Shown piece by piece: positions 35,316 through 43,943 of a stretch of 64,000 nucleotides of DNA. The DNA is from a virus. The position numbers and the translations under genes were made by a program. Position 1 is the stretch's first letter; each line of letters begins with the position of its first letter. The stretch covers positions 4,185 to 68,184 of IMG/VR virus record IMGVR_UViG_3300033571_014591; one strand, given 5' to 3'. Below the pieces are notes generated by a model that was not told the DNA's origin, made no database searches, and worked only from the letters and a program-made list of their open reading frames with translations.

Positions 35316-35996
35316 ATGTCTGGTGTGATTGGGATTTCTACTGCTGAATCTGGCCGCTTCTCTATCTTCTACGCAGCCCTTGAGGGTCTTCAGATGCCCG
35401 ATGAACCTGTGCAGAAGGTCTTTGCCCGGTCAGCTCAAATCTCAGAGAACCGTAATGCCATCACCAAACATGCCCTCGACGCTGGAGCCGATTGGGTACT
35501 CTACCTGGACGACGACCATATCCTTAGCGGCGACGTCCTACTGCGTCTCCTTGCAACAGGTAAGGACGTAGTCTCAGCCCACTACGTGAGACGTCAGCCC
35601 CCTTTCGGTACATGTGCCATGGGTGTAGAGCTTCCCTCAGGAGCCTTCATGTGGAAAACCTTGGAGCCTGCCGAAACAGGCCTCGTCTCAGTTGCTGCTG
35701 CTGGTGCAGGTTGCCTGTTGGTTCGCCGTGCAGCCCTTGAAGCCCTAGACCCGCCCTACTGGACCCTCGGACAGATCCACCCCTCATCATGGGGAGACGA
35801 TTTGGACTTCTGCCGCCGACTGCGCCGGAAGGGTTTTGAAGTCTTCGTTGACCTTGATAACCCTATCGGGCACATGATGACGGGCACTGTATGGCCCTCT
35901 AATAGCCCCAAGCAGGGCTGGATTGCCAACTTCGCCCAAGACCCGACTCAACCCATTTTAGCTCAGTGGCCTATGCCCCTGCCCGGAGACATTTAA
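35316..35996 (+). CDS. GT-A fold glycosyltransferase (GT2-like)
   Basis: RN, DWVLYLDDDH, GAGCLLVRR, GDDLDFC, GH. Confidence 0.85.
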   Translation: MSGVIGISTAESGRFSIFYAALEGLQMPDEPVQKVFARSAQISENRNAITKHALDAGADWVLYLDDDHILSGDVLLRLLATGKDVVSAHYVRRQPPFGTCAMGVELPSGAFMWKTLEPAETGLVSVAAAGAGCLLVRRAALEALDPPYWTLGQIHPSSWGDDLDFCRRLRRKGFEVFVDLDNPIGHMMTGTVWPSNSPKQGWIANFAQDPTQPILAQWPMPLPGDI

Positions 35997-35999
35997 ACT

Positions 36000-36938
36000 A
36001 TGGCCAATACATTCGAGGAAATGAGCAGGTCGCTACGCCTCTATGTGCCGCAGCTTCCCATTACTCTCGCAGAGCAGTTCATCAGGGACCGCTACCGCCG
36101 TATCCTCGAACGCCGGGACTGGAGTGGCCTGCGGCGGGAATCCCAGTTCCTCCTGAGAGCACAGAAGGATGCAGGCACGGTAAGCTTCACCAGAGGTAGC
36201 ACTACCATCACCGGCACGGGCACGGCCTTTGACGCCACTGACATTGGCCGTCAGTTCAAGGCCGGGGTGGGATCCCCTGTCTACACCATCACAGACGTAG
36301 ACGTCCCGCTGCAGACTCTCACCCTGAACATGCCCATCGGGGTGGCCACCTCAGTGGACGTCACCTACCGCATTATTGACGCCTACGTGACCCCGCCCAC
36401 GGACTTCCTGCGCTTCATCACTGTAGCTGATCCACAGCAGGGCTGGCGACTGCGGCACTGGATTACCTCAGGGGAGCTTATGTCCATGGACCCCCAGCGG
36501 ACCTTCTTTGGTCAACCCTACTTGCTGGCTGACCGGATGTATGACGTCGCCACTGCTGCAACGGCCAATGATTACCGCCCACAATATGAAGCTTGGCCCT
36601 ACACAACTGCCGCCAGAACCCTTTACTATACATACATTACGAAGGGGGCAGATTTAATCAATCCAACAGACCAGCCTATCTACCCTGTGCGGTCTGATGC
36701 GATTGTTTCGGGGGCACTTGCAGATGTGGTTCGCTGGCCAGGGACTGCAGATCAGCCCAATCCATACTTTAGTAGACCAGAATACTGGAAAGCCTACGAA
36801 GGTGAATTTGAGGACAAGATGATTGAAATCGAGCGCCGTGATGAAGACCTCTACATGACTCAGCTCGAAATGTACCCAATGCTGAACTACTCGCTCGCCC
36901 CGCTCAGTGCGTCGTTCATCCAGAGCCACGCTATTTAA
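36000..36938 (+). CDS. Head-tail adaptor/tail-collar-like protein with beta insertion
   Basis: N-terminal helical pair, W..LR, GTVS..GST.ITGTGT insertion, P.DF, WP, L....DQP...DAIV.GAL. Confidence 0.65.
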   Translation: MANTFEEMSRSLRLYVPQLPITLAEQFIRDRYRRILERRDWSGLRRESQFLLRAQKDAGTVSFTRGSTTITGTGTAFDATDIGRQFKAGVGSPVYTITDVDVPLQTLTLNMPIGVATSVDVTYRIIDAYVTPPTDFLRFITVADPQQGWRLRHWITSGELMSMDPQRTFFGQPYLLADRMYDVATAATANDYRPQYEAWPYTTAARTLYYTYITKGADLINPTDQPIYPVRSDAIVSGALADVVRWPGTADQPNPYFSRPEYWKAYEGEFEDKMIEIERRDEDLYMTQLEMYPMLNYSLAPLSASFIQSHAI

Positions 36939-36956
36939 CTTTAAGGAGATCCCATT

Positions 36957-37175
36957 ATGTCCATCTATCAGAAGTCGCCGTTCAAGGACGCCATTGAGTC
37001 GAACCCAATCCCCACTCGGGGCAGCAAGGGCGGCCAGTATGATTCATCGGAAGTCCCAGACACCCCAGGTCGTTCGGGCGGCATGTATCCCGAACTTCAC
37101 CGCGATACCCAGTTTGGCAATCCCTCTGGTAGCGGTCCCTACAGCACTCCTTACAAGGACAAGGTAGGCAAGTAA
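36957..37175 (+). CDS. Small disordered protein with two P[FY]KD motifs
   Basis: AAGGAG RBS; KSPFKDAI and STPYKDKV. Confidence 0.65.
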   Translation: MSIYQKSPFKDAIESNPIPTRGSKGGQYDSSEVPDTPGRSGGMYPELHRDTQFGNPSGSGPYSTPYKDKVGK

Positions 37176-37336
37176 CTTCGTGCTCATCAGTGTGATGTAT
37201 GGGGGCATCCTGGATCCATGGGAGCCCCCACCGCCCGGGGAAAGTACAACCGATAACAAGCTAGACTTGGGCTCAATCCACACCGCATACACTGGGCAGC
37301 AGCATACGTCCCTCGGGGGCTACAGAGGATTATTCT

Positions 37337-37684
37337 ATGGCATTACAGAGTTTTGGAAAGGTCACGGTGTCAGCGGCTGGAACTATTGTGCGCGCTACAT
37401 CGGGGCAGTCAGATCCCGCAGCGCGAGTTGCCTTACAAAGTATTCAGTTTCAGGCGCTGCCGAGCAATACCGGACTGATCTATATTGGTTTGAGCACACT
37501 TAACAAGTCCACAGGAGCCGGGGTACTTGCAGTGCTCTCTGCACCAGCCTCAGCCACCACGGGAGCCTTCGCCTCAGCCAGCTTCAGTGAACCTCTTGCA
37601 CCTGCAGGGCTCAATCTAGCTGACCTCTACGTTGACTCCACAGTTAACGGTGAGGGAGTCTTCATTAGCGGGGCCGTGCAGTAA
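37337..37684 (+). CDS. Small beta-rich virion protein
   Basis: QA...NTG.IYIG and L..LYVD...GEGV. Confidence 0.65.
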   Translation: MALQSFGKVTVSAAGTIVRATSGQSDPAARVALQSIQFQALPSNTGLIYIGLSTLNKSTGAGVLAVLSAPASATTGAFASASFSEPLAPAGLNLADLYVDSTVNGEGVFISGAVQ

Positions 37685-37977
37685 TGATCTATGTGCTGCT
37701 TGGCATCATTATTGCGCTGCAACTAAAGCCCATCCACAGCTTCCGCATCAAGAAGGACAAGCCAGTTGAGGCTCCGGTAGAAGCTACGCGCATGCTAGAC
37801 GCCCAAGTAGCCATTGCCTCTGCCCTCTTCGACGTTGGCCTAAACGTGGAAGACTATAACCTCAATGGTGACCTCAAAGGTTCCAATAAGTTTGGGGAGA
37901 TTATTTTCCACGCGGCCAAGCACATGGGCATGCCGCTTAACACTTATGCAGATTTGCATAAGTTCTTGGTGAAGTAA
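37684..37977 (+). CDS. Hypothetical protein with N-terminal TM segment
   Basis: TAATG coupling on both sides. Confidence 0.6.
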   Translation: MIYVLLGIIIALQLKPIHSFRIKKDKPVEAPVEATRMLDAQVAIASALFDVGLNVEDYNLNGDLKGSNKFGEIIFHAAKHMGMPLNTYADLHKFLVK

Positions 37978-38846
37978 TGCCTACTCAAGTATTTGTCCAG
38001 CTTCCCTCTGATGTCGCCAATACAGGCAAACAGATTGAGCATGTTCAGCTAAACCCCTCTGGGTTCTACCGAGAAGTTATTGCGATTGGCAACCCGGACT
38101 CTGACACAGCTGTTGCTCCTGTGTCAGCTACTGCGGGTCTTAAGGTAGACCTCGGAACTGACAATGACGTAACTATTAGCGGATCCGTCGCTGTTACCAA
38201 CGCAGACATCACAGCTACAGCTACCGTCAGCGGCACCACTGCTGACGCTGCGGTCACTGGAGACAACTCAGGAACACTCAGTGCCAAGCTGCGGGGTATG
38301 AATAAAATCCTTGCGGACGTCTGGGACTCAGTCAACAGCCGCCTCAAGGTCTACATTCAGAACGCAACTCTAGCTGTCGAAGGTACTGTTGCCAGCGACA
38401 GCGTAGATTCCGGTAATCCCGTCAAGGTTGGTGCACAGGCGCGCAGCACAGACATCACTGCAGTAGCCTCTGCAGACCGAGTAAATCTCATTGCCGATCT
38501 ACTTGGAAAACTAGTTACTCTACCGTATACTATTCCTGAAAACAGTTTAAGTGGTACTGCAAGCAGCACAGGGACGTCCAACACGGAAATCATTGCTGCC
38601 CAAGGTGCAAACACTCGGGTGTACGTGACAAGCCTAATCATTTCAAATAGTAGTGACACAACTACAGAAGTGAACATCAAGAGTGCAAGCACAACGCTCA
38701 TTACCGTTCCCGCTCCAGCAGGGGGAGGCGCAGTCATTCAGCTTCCTACTCCGTTGCGGTTAACGTCTAATGAGGCACTTAACTTTGCATCCGCTGCATC
38801 TGTAACAACAATGAGGGTATCTGCAGTAGGATTTAAGGGAATTTAA
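37977..38846 (+). CDS. Putative fibre/spike-like virion protein
   Basis: Thr/Ser/Ala-rich; GNPVKVG; C-terminal beta-sandwich-like domain. Confidence 0.6.
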   Translation: MPTQVFVQLPSDVANTGKQIEHVQLNPSGFYREVIAIGNPDSDTAVAPVSATAGLKVDLGTDNDVTISGSVAVTNADITATATVSGTTADAAVTGDNSGTLSAKLRGMNKILADVWDSVNSRLKVYIQNATLAVEGTVASDSVDSGNPVKVGAQARSTDITAVASADRVNLIADLLGKLVTLPYTIPENSLSGTASSTGTSNTEIIAAQGANTRVYVTSLIISNSSDTTTEVNIKSASTTLITVPAPAGGGAVIQLPTPLRLTSNEALNFASAASVTTMRVSAVGFKGI

Positions 38847-38866
38847 CCCATGACCGAGCGCCTCCG

Positions 38867-39763
38867 ATGAAGACCAGCATTATCATTCCTGCGCGAAATG
38901 AGCAATTCCTGGTCCCCACTGTAGCTGATGTCCTGTCCAAGGCGCGGGGCGACATCGAAGTTATTGCTGTGCTCGACGGGTATTGGCCTAATCCCATGCC
39001 AGCAGATCACCCAAACCTACGACTCCTCCACGTAGCTCCCGCTCGGGGCATGCGCCCAGGCATTACCGCAGCTGCACGTATGGCCACAGGAGACTTCATT
39101 ATGAAGCTCGACGGCCACTGTATGGTCGCTGAGGGCTTCGATGAGCAGCTCAAGGCGGATTATCTGGAAGACGACTGGATCCTGACGCCGCGCCGGTATC
39201 CACTGGATGCCGAGAACTGGACTATCGAAGAAGGCAACCCCAAGTACCCCATCGATTACGAATATCTCTCCTACCCGTTTGAGCGGCTCGATGACCCCAC
39301 CTGCGGGTTGCACGGCACGTTCTGGACTGCCCGTCGAGACGCCCGTAAGGACATCATGCTGGACGAGGACATGAGTTCACAGGGCTCCTGCTGGTTTATG
39401 TCCCGGTCAAATTGGGAGCGCATTACTCCCCTCAGGGTAGACCTCTTCGGGAACTTCTACGGGGAATCCCAGGAGATCGGGCTGCAGACCCAAATGCGCG
39501 GTGGTGCCATGATGCGGACCAAGAACACCTGGTACGCCCACCTGCGTAAGGGCAAGAAGTACGGGCGCGGCTACGCACTTGGAGCAGAGGGTCACCGCCG
39601 TGGAGCCTACGCCATGCTCCGTATGTGCATGCTCAACGAGTGGCCGGGGCAGACAAAAACCCTGCAGTCTCTTGTTGAACGGTTCATGCCAGTCCCTGGC
39701 TGGCCAGCTGATCTCGATAAATGTTTTGCAGAAGCGAAGGCGAGGATTTCCGGTGCCGTCTAA
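38867..39763 (+). CDS. Glycosyltransferase, GT-A fold, ppGalNAc-T-like
   Basis: SIIIPARNE, KLDGHC (DxH), GSCWFM, GESQEIG...GG...AHLRK. Confidence 0.85.
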   Translation: MKTSIIIPARNEQFLVPTVADVLSKARGDIEVIAVLDGYWPNPMPADHPNLRLLHVAPARGMRPGITAAARMATGDFIMKLDGHCMVAEGFDEQLKADYLEDDWILTPRRYPLDAENWTIEEGNPKYPIDYEYLSYPFERLDDPTCGLHGTFWTARRDARKDIMLDEDMSSQGSCWFMSRSNWERITPLRVDLFGNFYGESQEIGLQTQMRGGAMMRTKNTWYAHLRKGKKYGRGYALGAEGHRRGAYAMLRMCMLNEWPGQTKTLQSLVERFMPVPGWPADLDKCFAEAKARISGAV

Positions 39764-40358
39764 TACACTTCAGGCGTGGCTCGATGCTCAGAATATTGCC
39801 CTTCCCGATGACCCTCTCGGTGTGCGGCTGCCCATTTCACGCTGGGAACACCTCCCTGCGCTGTTTGCCCACATGGGCTTCACACACGGAGCCGAAGTAG
39901 GCGTCGAGCAGGGACGCTACAGTCAGCGCCTCTGTGAACGGATCCCTAACCTCAAGCTTCTGGCTGTAGACGCATGGCTGGCTTACGGCGGCTACCGTGA
40001 CCATGTGTCGCAGGAGAAGCTAGACGGCTTCTATGCAGACACAGTTAACCGCTTAGCCCCGTATGACCCTGACATTCGCCGTGGCCTCAGTGTCAATGTG
40101 GCTTCGACCATCCCTAACGGCTCGCTGGACTTTGTCTACATTGACGGCAACCACACCCTACCCTACGTCATTGCAGACATTGCTGCGTGGGCACCAAAGG
40201 TCCGCAAGGGCGGCATTGTCGCAGGGCATGACTACGGCAGGCGTTCAGTAGGGCACGTTGCGGAGGGGGTTCAGGCATGGACAGCTGCATACGACATTAG
40301 CCCCTGGTACATCTGCACAGGAGACAAATCTCCCTCATGGTTCTGGGAGGTCAAGTAA
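39753..40358 (+). CDS. Class I SAM-dependent methyltransferase (Methyltransf_24-like)
   Basis: GAEVGV..G.YS, VDAW, DFVYIDGNH, GGIVAGHDY; GTG at 39753 with GAGGA. Confidence 0.88.
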   Translation: MPSNTLQAWLDAQNIALPDDPLGVRLPISRWEHLPALFAHMGFTHGAEVGVEQGRYSQRLCERIPNLKLLAVDAWLAYGGYRDHVSQEKLDGFYADTVNRLAPYDPDIRRGLSVNVASTIPNGSLDFVYIDGNHTLPYVIADIAAWAPKVRKGGIVAGHDYGRRSVGHVAEGVQAWTAAYDISPWYICTGDKSPSWFWEVK

Positions 40359-42079
40359 TGGCCGACCTCTCTGTGCTGATTCCTGCTCGAAACGAGCAGT
40401 GGCTATCTAAGACCATTGAAGACGTGCTCTCTAACATGAGAGGCGATACAGAAATCATCGCTGTGCTTGACGGAGCATGGGCAGATCCGCCTATTGCAGA
40501 CCACCCGAAGGTTACACTCATCTATCTGTCTCAGCCCATTGGGCAGCGAGCGGCGACCAACTTAGCTGCACGGCTCTCCACAGCCAAGTACATCATGAAG
40601 CTGGATGCCCACTGCGCTGTTGCAGAGGGGTTTGACCTTGAGCTCATCCGGGCTGCCGAAGAGCTTGGCCCACAGACCACACAGATCCCTGCCCAGACCA
40701 ACCTGCACGTCTATGACCGGGTATGCCAATCCTGCGGCAAACGGAGCTATCAGGGGCCACAACAGAACCCCTGTGACCACTGCGGTGGCCCATGCACAAT
40801 TGAAGTCGTCTGGAGGCCTCGGAGGGGCACCAAGACCACAAATTGGACCTTTTCCCCTGAGCCCAAGTTTCAATACGGCGGCACCGCCCAGGGCAGCAGT
40901 GACATCGAAGACGTCATGTCCTCACTGGGTGCCTGCTTCTTCATGGAGCGGGAGTTCTTTCATAACATCGGAGGACTGGACGAGCGGCACGGCTCTTGGG
41001 GGTCGTTTGGTATTGAGATTGCCTGTAAGACCTGGCTCTCAGGAGGCCGTCACGTGGTCAACAAGCGCACGTGGTTTTCACACTTCTTCCGCGTTGGTGG
41101 TATTGGGTTTCCCTACCCCATCTCCGGGGCCGAACAGGAACGTGCACGGACCTACTCCAAGAACATCTGGTTCCGCAACCAGTGGCCCCTGCAGAAGCAC
41201 CAACTCCTCTGGCTGGTTGATAAGTTCTGGCCCATCAAGGGCTGGACTGACGAAGACCGGGACCGCCTCATTAACATGGCAAACGGTGCCGATGAGCAGC
41301 CAGCCGACTCTGATGCCCACAACACCGCTGTGCCCTCTGCTGTAAATGTTCCTGCCCTACCCGTAGCAAAATCCACAGCAGGCATCCTCTACTACACAGA
41401 CGGCAACCTGGACAACACAGTTGTAGGCGATGCCGTGCGTAGTCAACTCGCTACCATCGGGCTACCTATCACAGCGGTCTCTATCAAGCCCTTGGGGTTT
41501 GGCGACCAGCGTATTGTGTTGCCGCTTGAACGGGGATACCTCACCATGTTCAAGCAGATCTTGGCAGGACTTGAGGCCATGGATACCGATATTGTCTTCT
41601 TCTGTGAACATGACGTGCTCTATCACCCGTCCCACTTTGACTTCGTTCCCCCTGACCGCGAGCAGTATCACTACAACCTGCACGTGTGGAAAGTGGACGC
41701 TACCTCTGGGCGTGCTGTCCACTACCTCACCAAGCAGACATCAGGCCTCTGCGCCTACCGGGACATCCTTATTGAGCATTACCGGGAGCGAGTAGCCCGA
41801 GTCGAGCGCGATGGATTCAGCCGCCGTATGGGGTTTGAACCTGGCTCCCATCGTCGGGCCGAACGAGTAGATGACCGCACCTCAGCTACCTGGATGTCCT
41901 CGGGCGCTAACCTTGACATCAGGCATGACCGCAACCTCACCCAAACCCGCTGGAGTCCTACACAGTTCCGCGACCAGCGCAATTGCCAAGGCTGGACAGA
42001 GGCAGACGAAGTACCCGGCTGGGGTCTCGTCAAGGGCCGCATTGAAGAGATCCTCACAGCAGTGGGTGCCCGTGTATGA
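40358..42079 (+). CDS. Two-domain glycosyltransferase (ppGalNAc-T-like domain with zinc-ribbon insert plus second GT-A domain)
   Basis: KLDAHC, CQSC..CDHC, GGLDE..GSWG..GIEIA.K.WLSGG...SHFFR; second domain VFFCEHDVLY. Confidence 0.85.
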   Translation: MADLSVLIPARNEQWLSKTIEDVLSNMRGDTEIIAVLDGAWADPPIADHPKVTLIYLSQPIGQRAATNLAARLSTAKYIMKLDAHCAVAEGFDLELIRAAEELGPQTTQIPAQTNLHVYDRVCQSCGKRSYQGPQQNPCDHCGGPCTIEVVWRPRRGTKTTNWTFSPEPKFQYGGTAQGSSDIEDVMSSLGACFFMEREFFHNIGGLDERHGSWGSFGIEIACKTWLSGGRHVVNKRTWFSHFFRVGGIGFPYPISGAEQERARTYSKNIWFRNQWPLQKHQLLWLVDKFWPIKGWTDEDRDRLINMANGADEQPADSDAHNTAVPSAVNVPALPVAKSTAGILYYTDGNLDNTVVGDAVRSQLATIGLPITAVSIKPLGFGDQRIVLPLERGYLTMFKQILAGLEAMDTDIVFFCEHDVLYHPSHFDFVPPDREQYHYNLHVWKVDATSGRAVHYLTKQTSGLCAYRDILIEHYRERVARVERDGFSRRMGFEPGSHRRAERVDDRTSATWMSSGANLDIRHDRNLTQTRWSPTQFRDQRNCQGWTEADEVPGWGLVKGRIEEILTAVGARV

Positions 42080-42459
42080 GCCGTAAAGCCCTGCGTATGC
42101 TCTATGCTACGCTCCCGACTATTAACTGCAAGGGACTATGCTACCAAGAGTGCCAACACCCGGTTGCAGCGTGGCCTATTGAGCGGCGTGAAATGGAACG
42201 TACAACGGGTAAGCCCTATGTGTATCACACAGTAGAGCATCGATGCACTTATTTAAATGCAGCCCGTCAATGTGAAGCTCATGATGTGCGCCCTTATGTC
42301 TGCCGCGCTTACGGTACTGCAGATACCATGCGCTGTGCGTTTGGCTGTGAAACTACCGAGGGCACTTATCTGACTGACGCGCAAGCAGCAGATGACTTCA
42401 GAACATTAGACCAGTTGAGTGGGAATCGTACCATGCAGAAGCCCAAGGCAGTACGCTAA
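42076..42459 (+). CDS. YkgJ/FliB-like Cys-cluster protein
   Basis: CKGLCYQEC, CTYL....CEAHDVRPYVCRAYG. Confidence 0.8.
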   Translation: MSRKALRMLYATLPTINCKGLCYQECQHPVAAWPIERREMERTTGKPYVYHTVEHRCTYLNAARQCEAHDVRPYVCRAYGTADTMRCAFGCETTEGTYLTDAQAADDFRTLDQLSGNRTMQKPKAVR

Positions 42460-43943
42460 TGGCGATTAGTTCTACACCTGTCCAGTCGAAGATAGTCGCG
42501 GCTTCAAGTTCATCCAGTATCACGCTTGACTCGACACCGACTCAGGGTAACGTCCTAATCCTGTTTGAACGGCAGGGCAACGGTAATACCGTCAACCAGA
42601 ATCCTTTGACCGCTGTGACGCAAACAGGCGTGACGTGGACATTGGTAGTACAGCAGGTCGCTCAGAATAACGTCGTCGGTATCTGGTACGGCATTGTTGG
42701 CGCAAGCCCAAGCGCCACAATCAATTTCACTTTCACCAGTCCAGGTAACATCAATAGTGTTGCTACCTCGGTGGGAGAGTGGTCTGGTATCGATACGACG
42801 TCCCCTGTAGAAGCATCCAGAGCTGACCAAAACGGTAGCAGCACTTCTGCGACAACAGGAAGCATTTCAACTACAGCAGCCGCGGAACGTCTAATTGTTG
42901 CAGCCAATCGCAATATCAGTTTAACAACGACCTGCGACACCGCTGGGTTTGCAGAAGTAGTCACAGGCAGTCAAAACGCAGTCTATTTGAGAGCTGCCTC
43001 TGCCGCAAGTAGTTACACAGTTACTTGGACACTAAGCACGAAGGAGCGCTGGGTTACTGCCATTGCTGCATTTAAACCTTCTCTGGGCTCTCCCTCGGTT
43101 TCGCCCTCGGCGTCACAAAGCCCTAGCAGTTCGGTTAGCCCCAGTGTAAGCCCGTCAGCGTCAGTATCTCCTTCTGCGAGCCTTAGTCCATCATCGAGTG
43201 TATCCGCGTCAGTGTCGCCAAGCTCGTCTGTGAGCCCCTCGTCTAGTGCATCAGCTAGTGTAAGTCCATCTGCATCAGTTAGCCCTAGCAGCTCGAATTC
43301 TCCTTCGGTCTCACCATCCGCATCGGTATCACCATCGTCAAGCGTATCGCCGTCAGTTTCTCCGAGTGCATCAGTCAGTCCTAGCAGTTCAGCCAGTGCC
43401 TCCGTCTCGCCCTCCGCGAGCGTAAGCCCTAGTTCATCCGCGTCGGCATCTGTATCACCTAGCGCCAGCGTCAGTCCGTCATCGAGCATTTCGCCGTCGA
43501 TTTCGCCCTCGGCGTCAACATCGCCGTCAGCCTCAGTGAGTCCCTCTCCAGGGTCAACACAGTCAGCCTACCCGGTCTCTGACATTGCGGCAGGCGGATG
43601 GACCCCCTCGACGGGCACTGATCTCTTCGCCATGGTGGACGAGCCAAATGTCCCCAACGACAGTGACTGGATTAACTCCCCCTCAACCACAGGGGATTTA
43701 ACCGTTGAGCTTCGCCAGGGCACTACGTTAATCGCTACTCGTACCCAAGCAGCACCAACGTCTTACACCACCTACATCTTTACTCTCACAGGGGGCGAAG
43801 TGGCAACGATCACCAATTGGAGCAACCTGGCTGTGTGGCTTTCAGTTAATGGTACAGCTATCGCCAAACTGCAGCTGGGGACACTGTCCACCCCTGTTGA
43901 TGCCTCCGGGACCAAGCTTTACATCAGGATGACGTCAGTATAA
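42459..43943 (+). CDS. Ser/Pro-repeat (mucin-like) virion protein 1
   Basis: Beta-rich N-domain, about 150 aa of [11 protein letters not shown] repeats, then a C-domain. Confidence 0.85.
   Translation: MAISSTPVQSKIVAASSSSSITLDSTPTQGNVLILFERQGNGNTVNQNPLTAVTQTGVTWTLVVQQVAQNNVVGIWYGIVGASPSATINFTFTSPGNINSVATSVGEWSGIDTTSPVEASRADQNGSSTSATTGSISTTAAAERLIVAANRNISLTTTCDTAGFAEVVTGSQNAVYLRAASAASSYTVTWTLSTKERWVTAIAAFKPSLGSPSVSPSASQSPSSSVSPSVSPSASVSPSASLSPSSSVSASVSPSSSVSPSSSASASVSPSASVSPSSSNSPSVSPSASVSPSSSVSPSVSPSASVSPSSSASASVSPSASVSPSSSASASVSPSASVSPSSSISPSISPSASTSPSASVSPSPGSTQSAYPVSDIAAGGWTPSTGTDLFAMVDEPNVPNDSDWINSPSTTGDLTVELRQGTTLIATRTQAAPTSYTTYIFTLTGGEVATITNWSNLAVWLSVNGTAIAKLQLGTLSTPVDASGTKLYIRMTSV

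Noticed and set aside
37176-37336. Intergenic stems (CAGTGT/ACACTG, GGGGGC/GCCCCC) as a tRNA or ncRNA
   Set aside because: No T-loop or cloverleaf; too weak to call beyond a possible mRNA hairpin.
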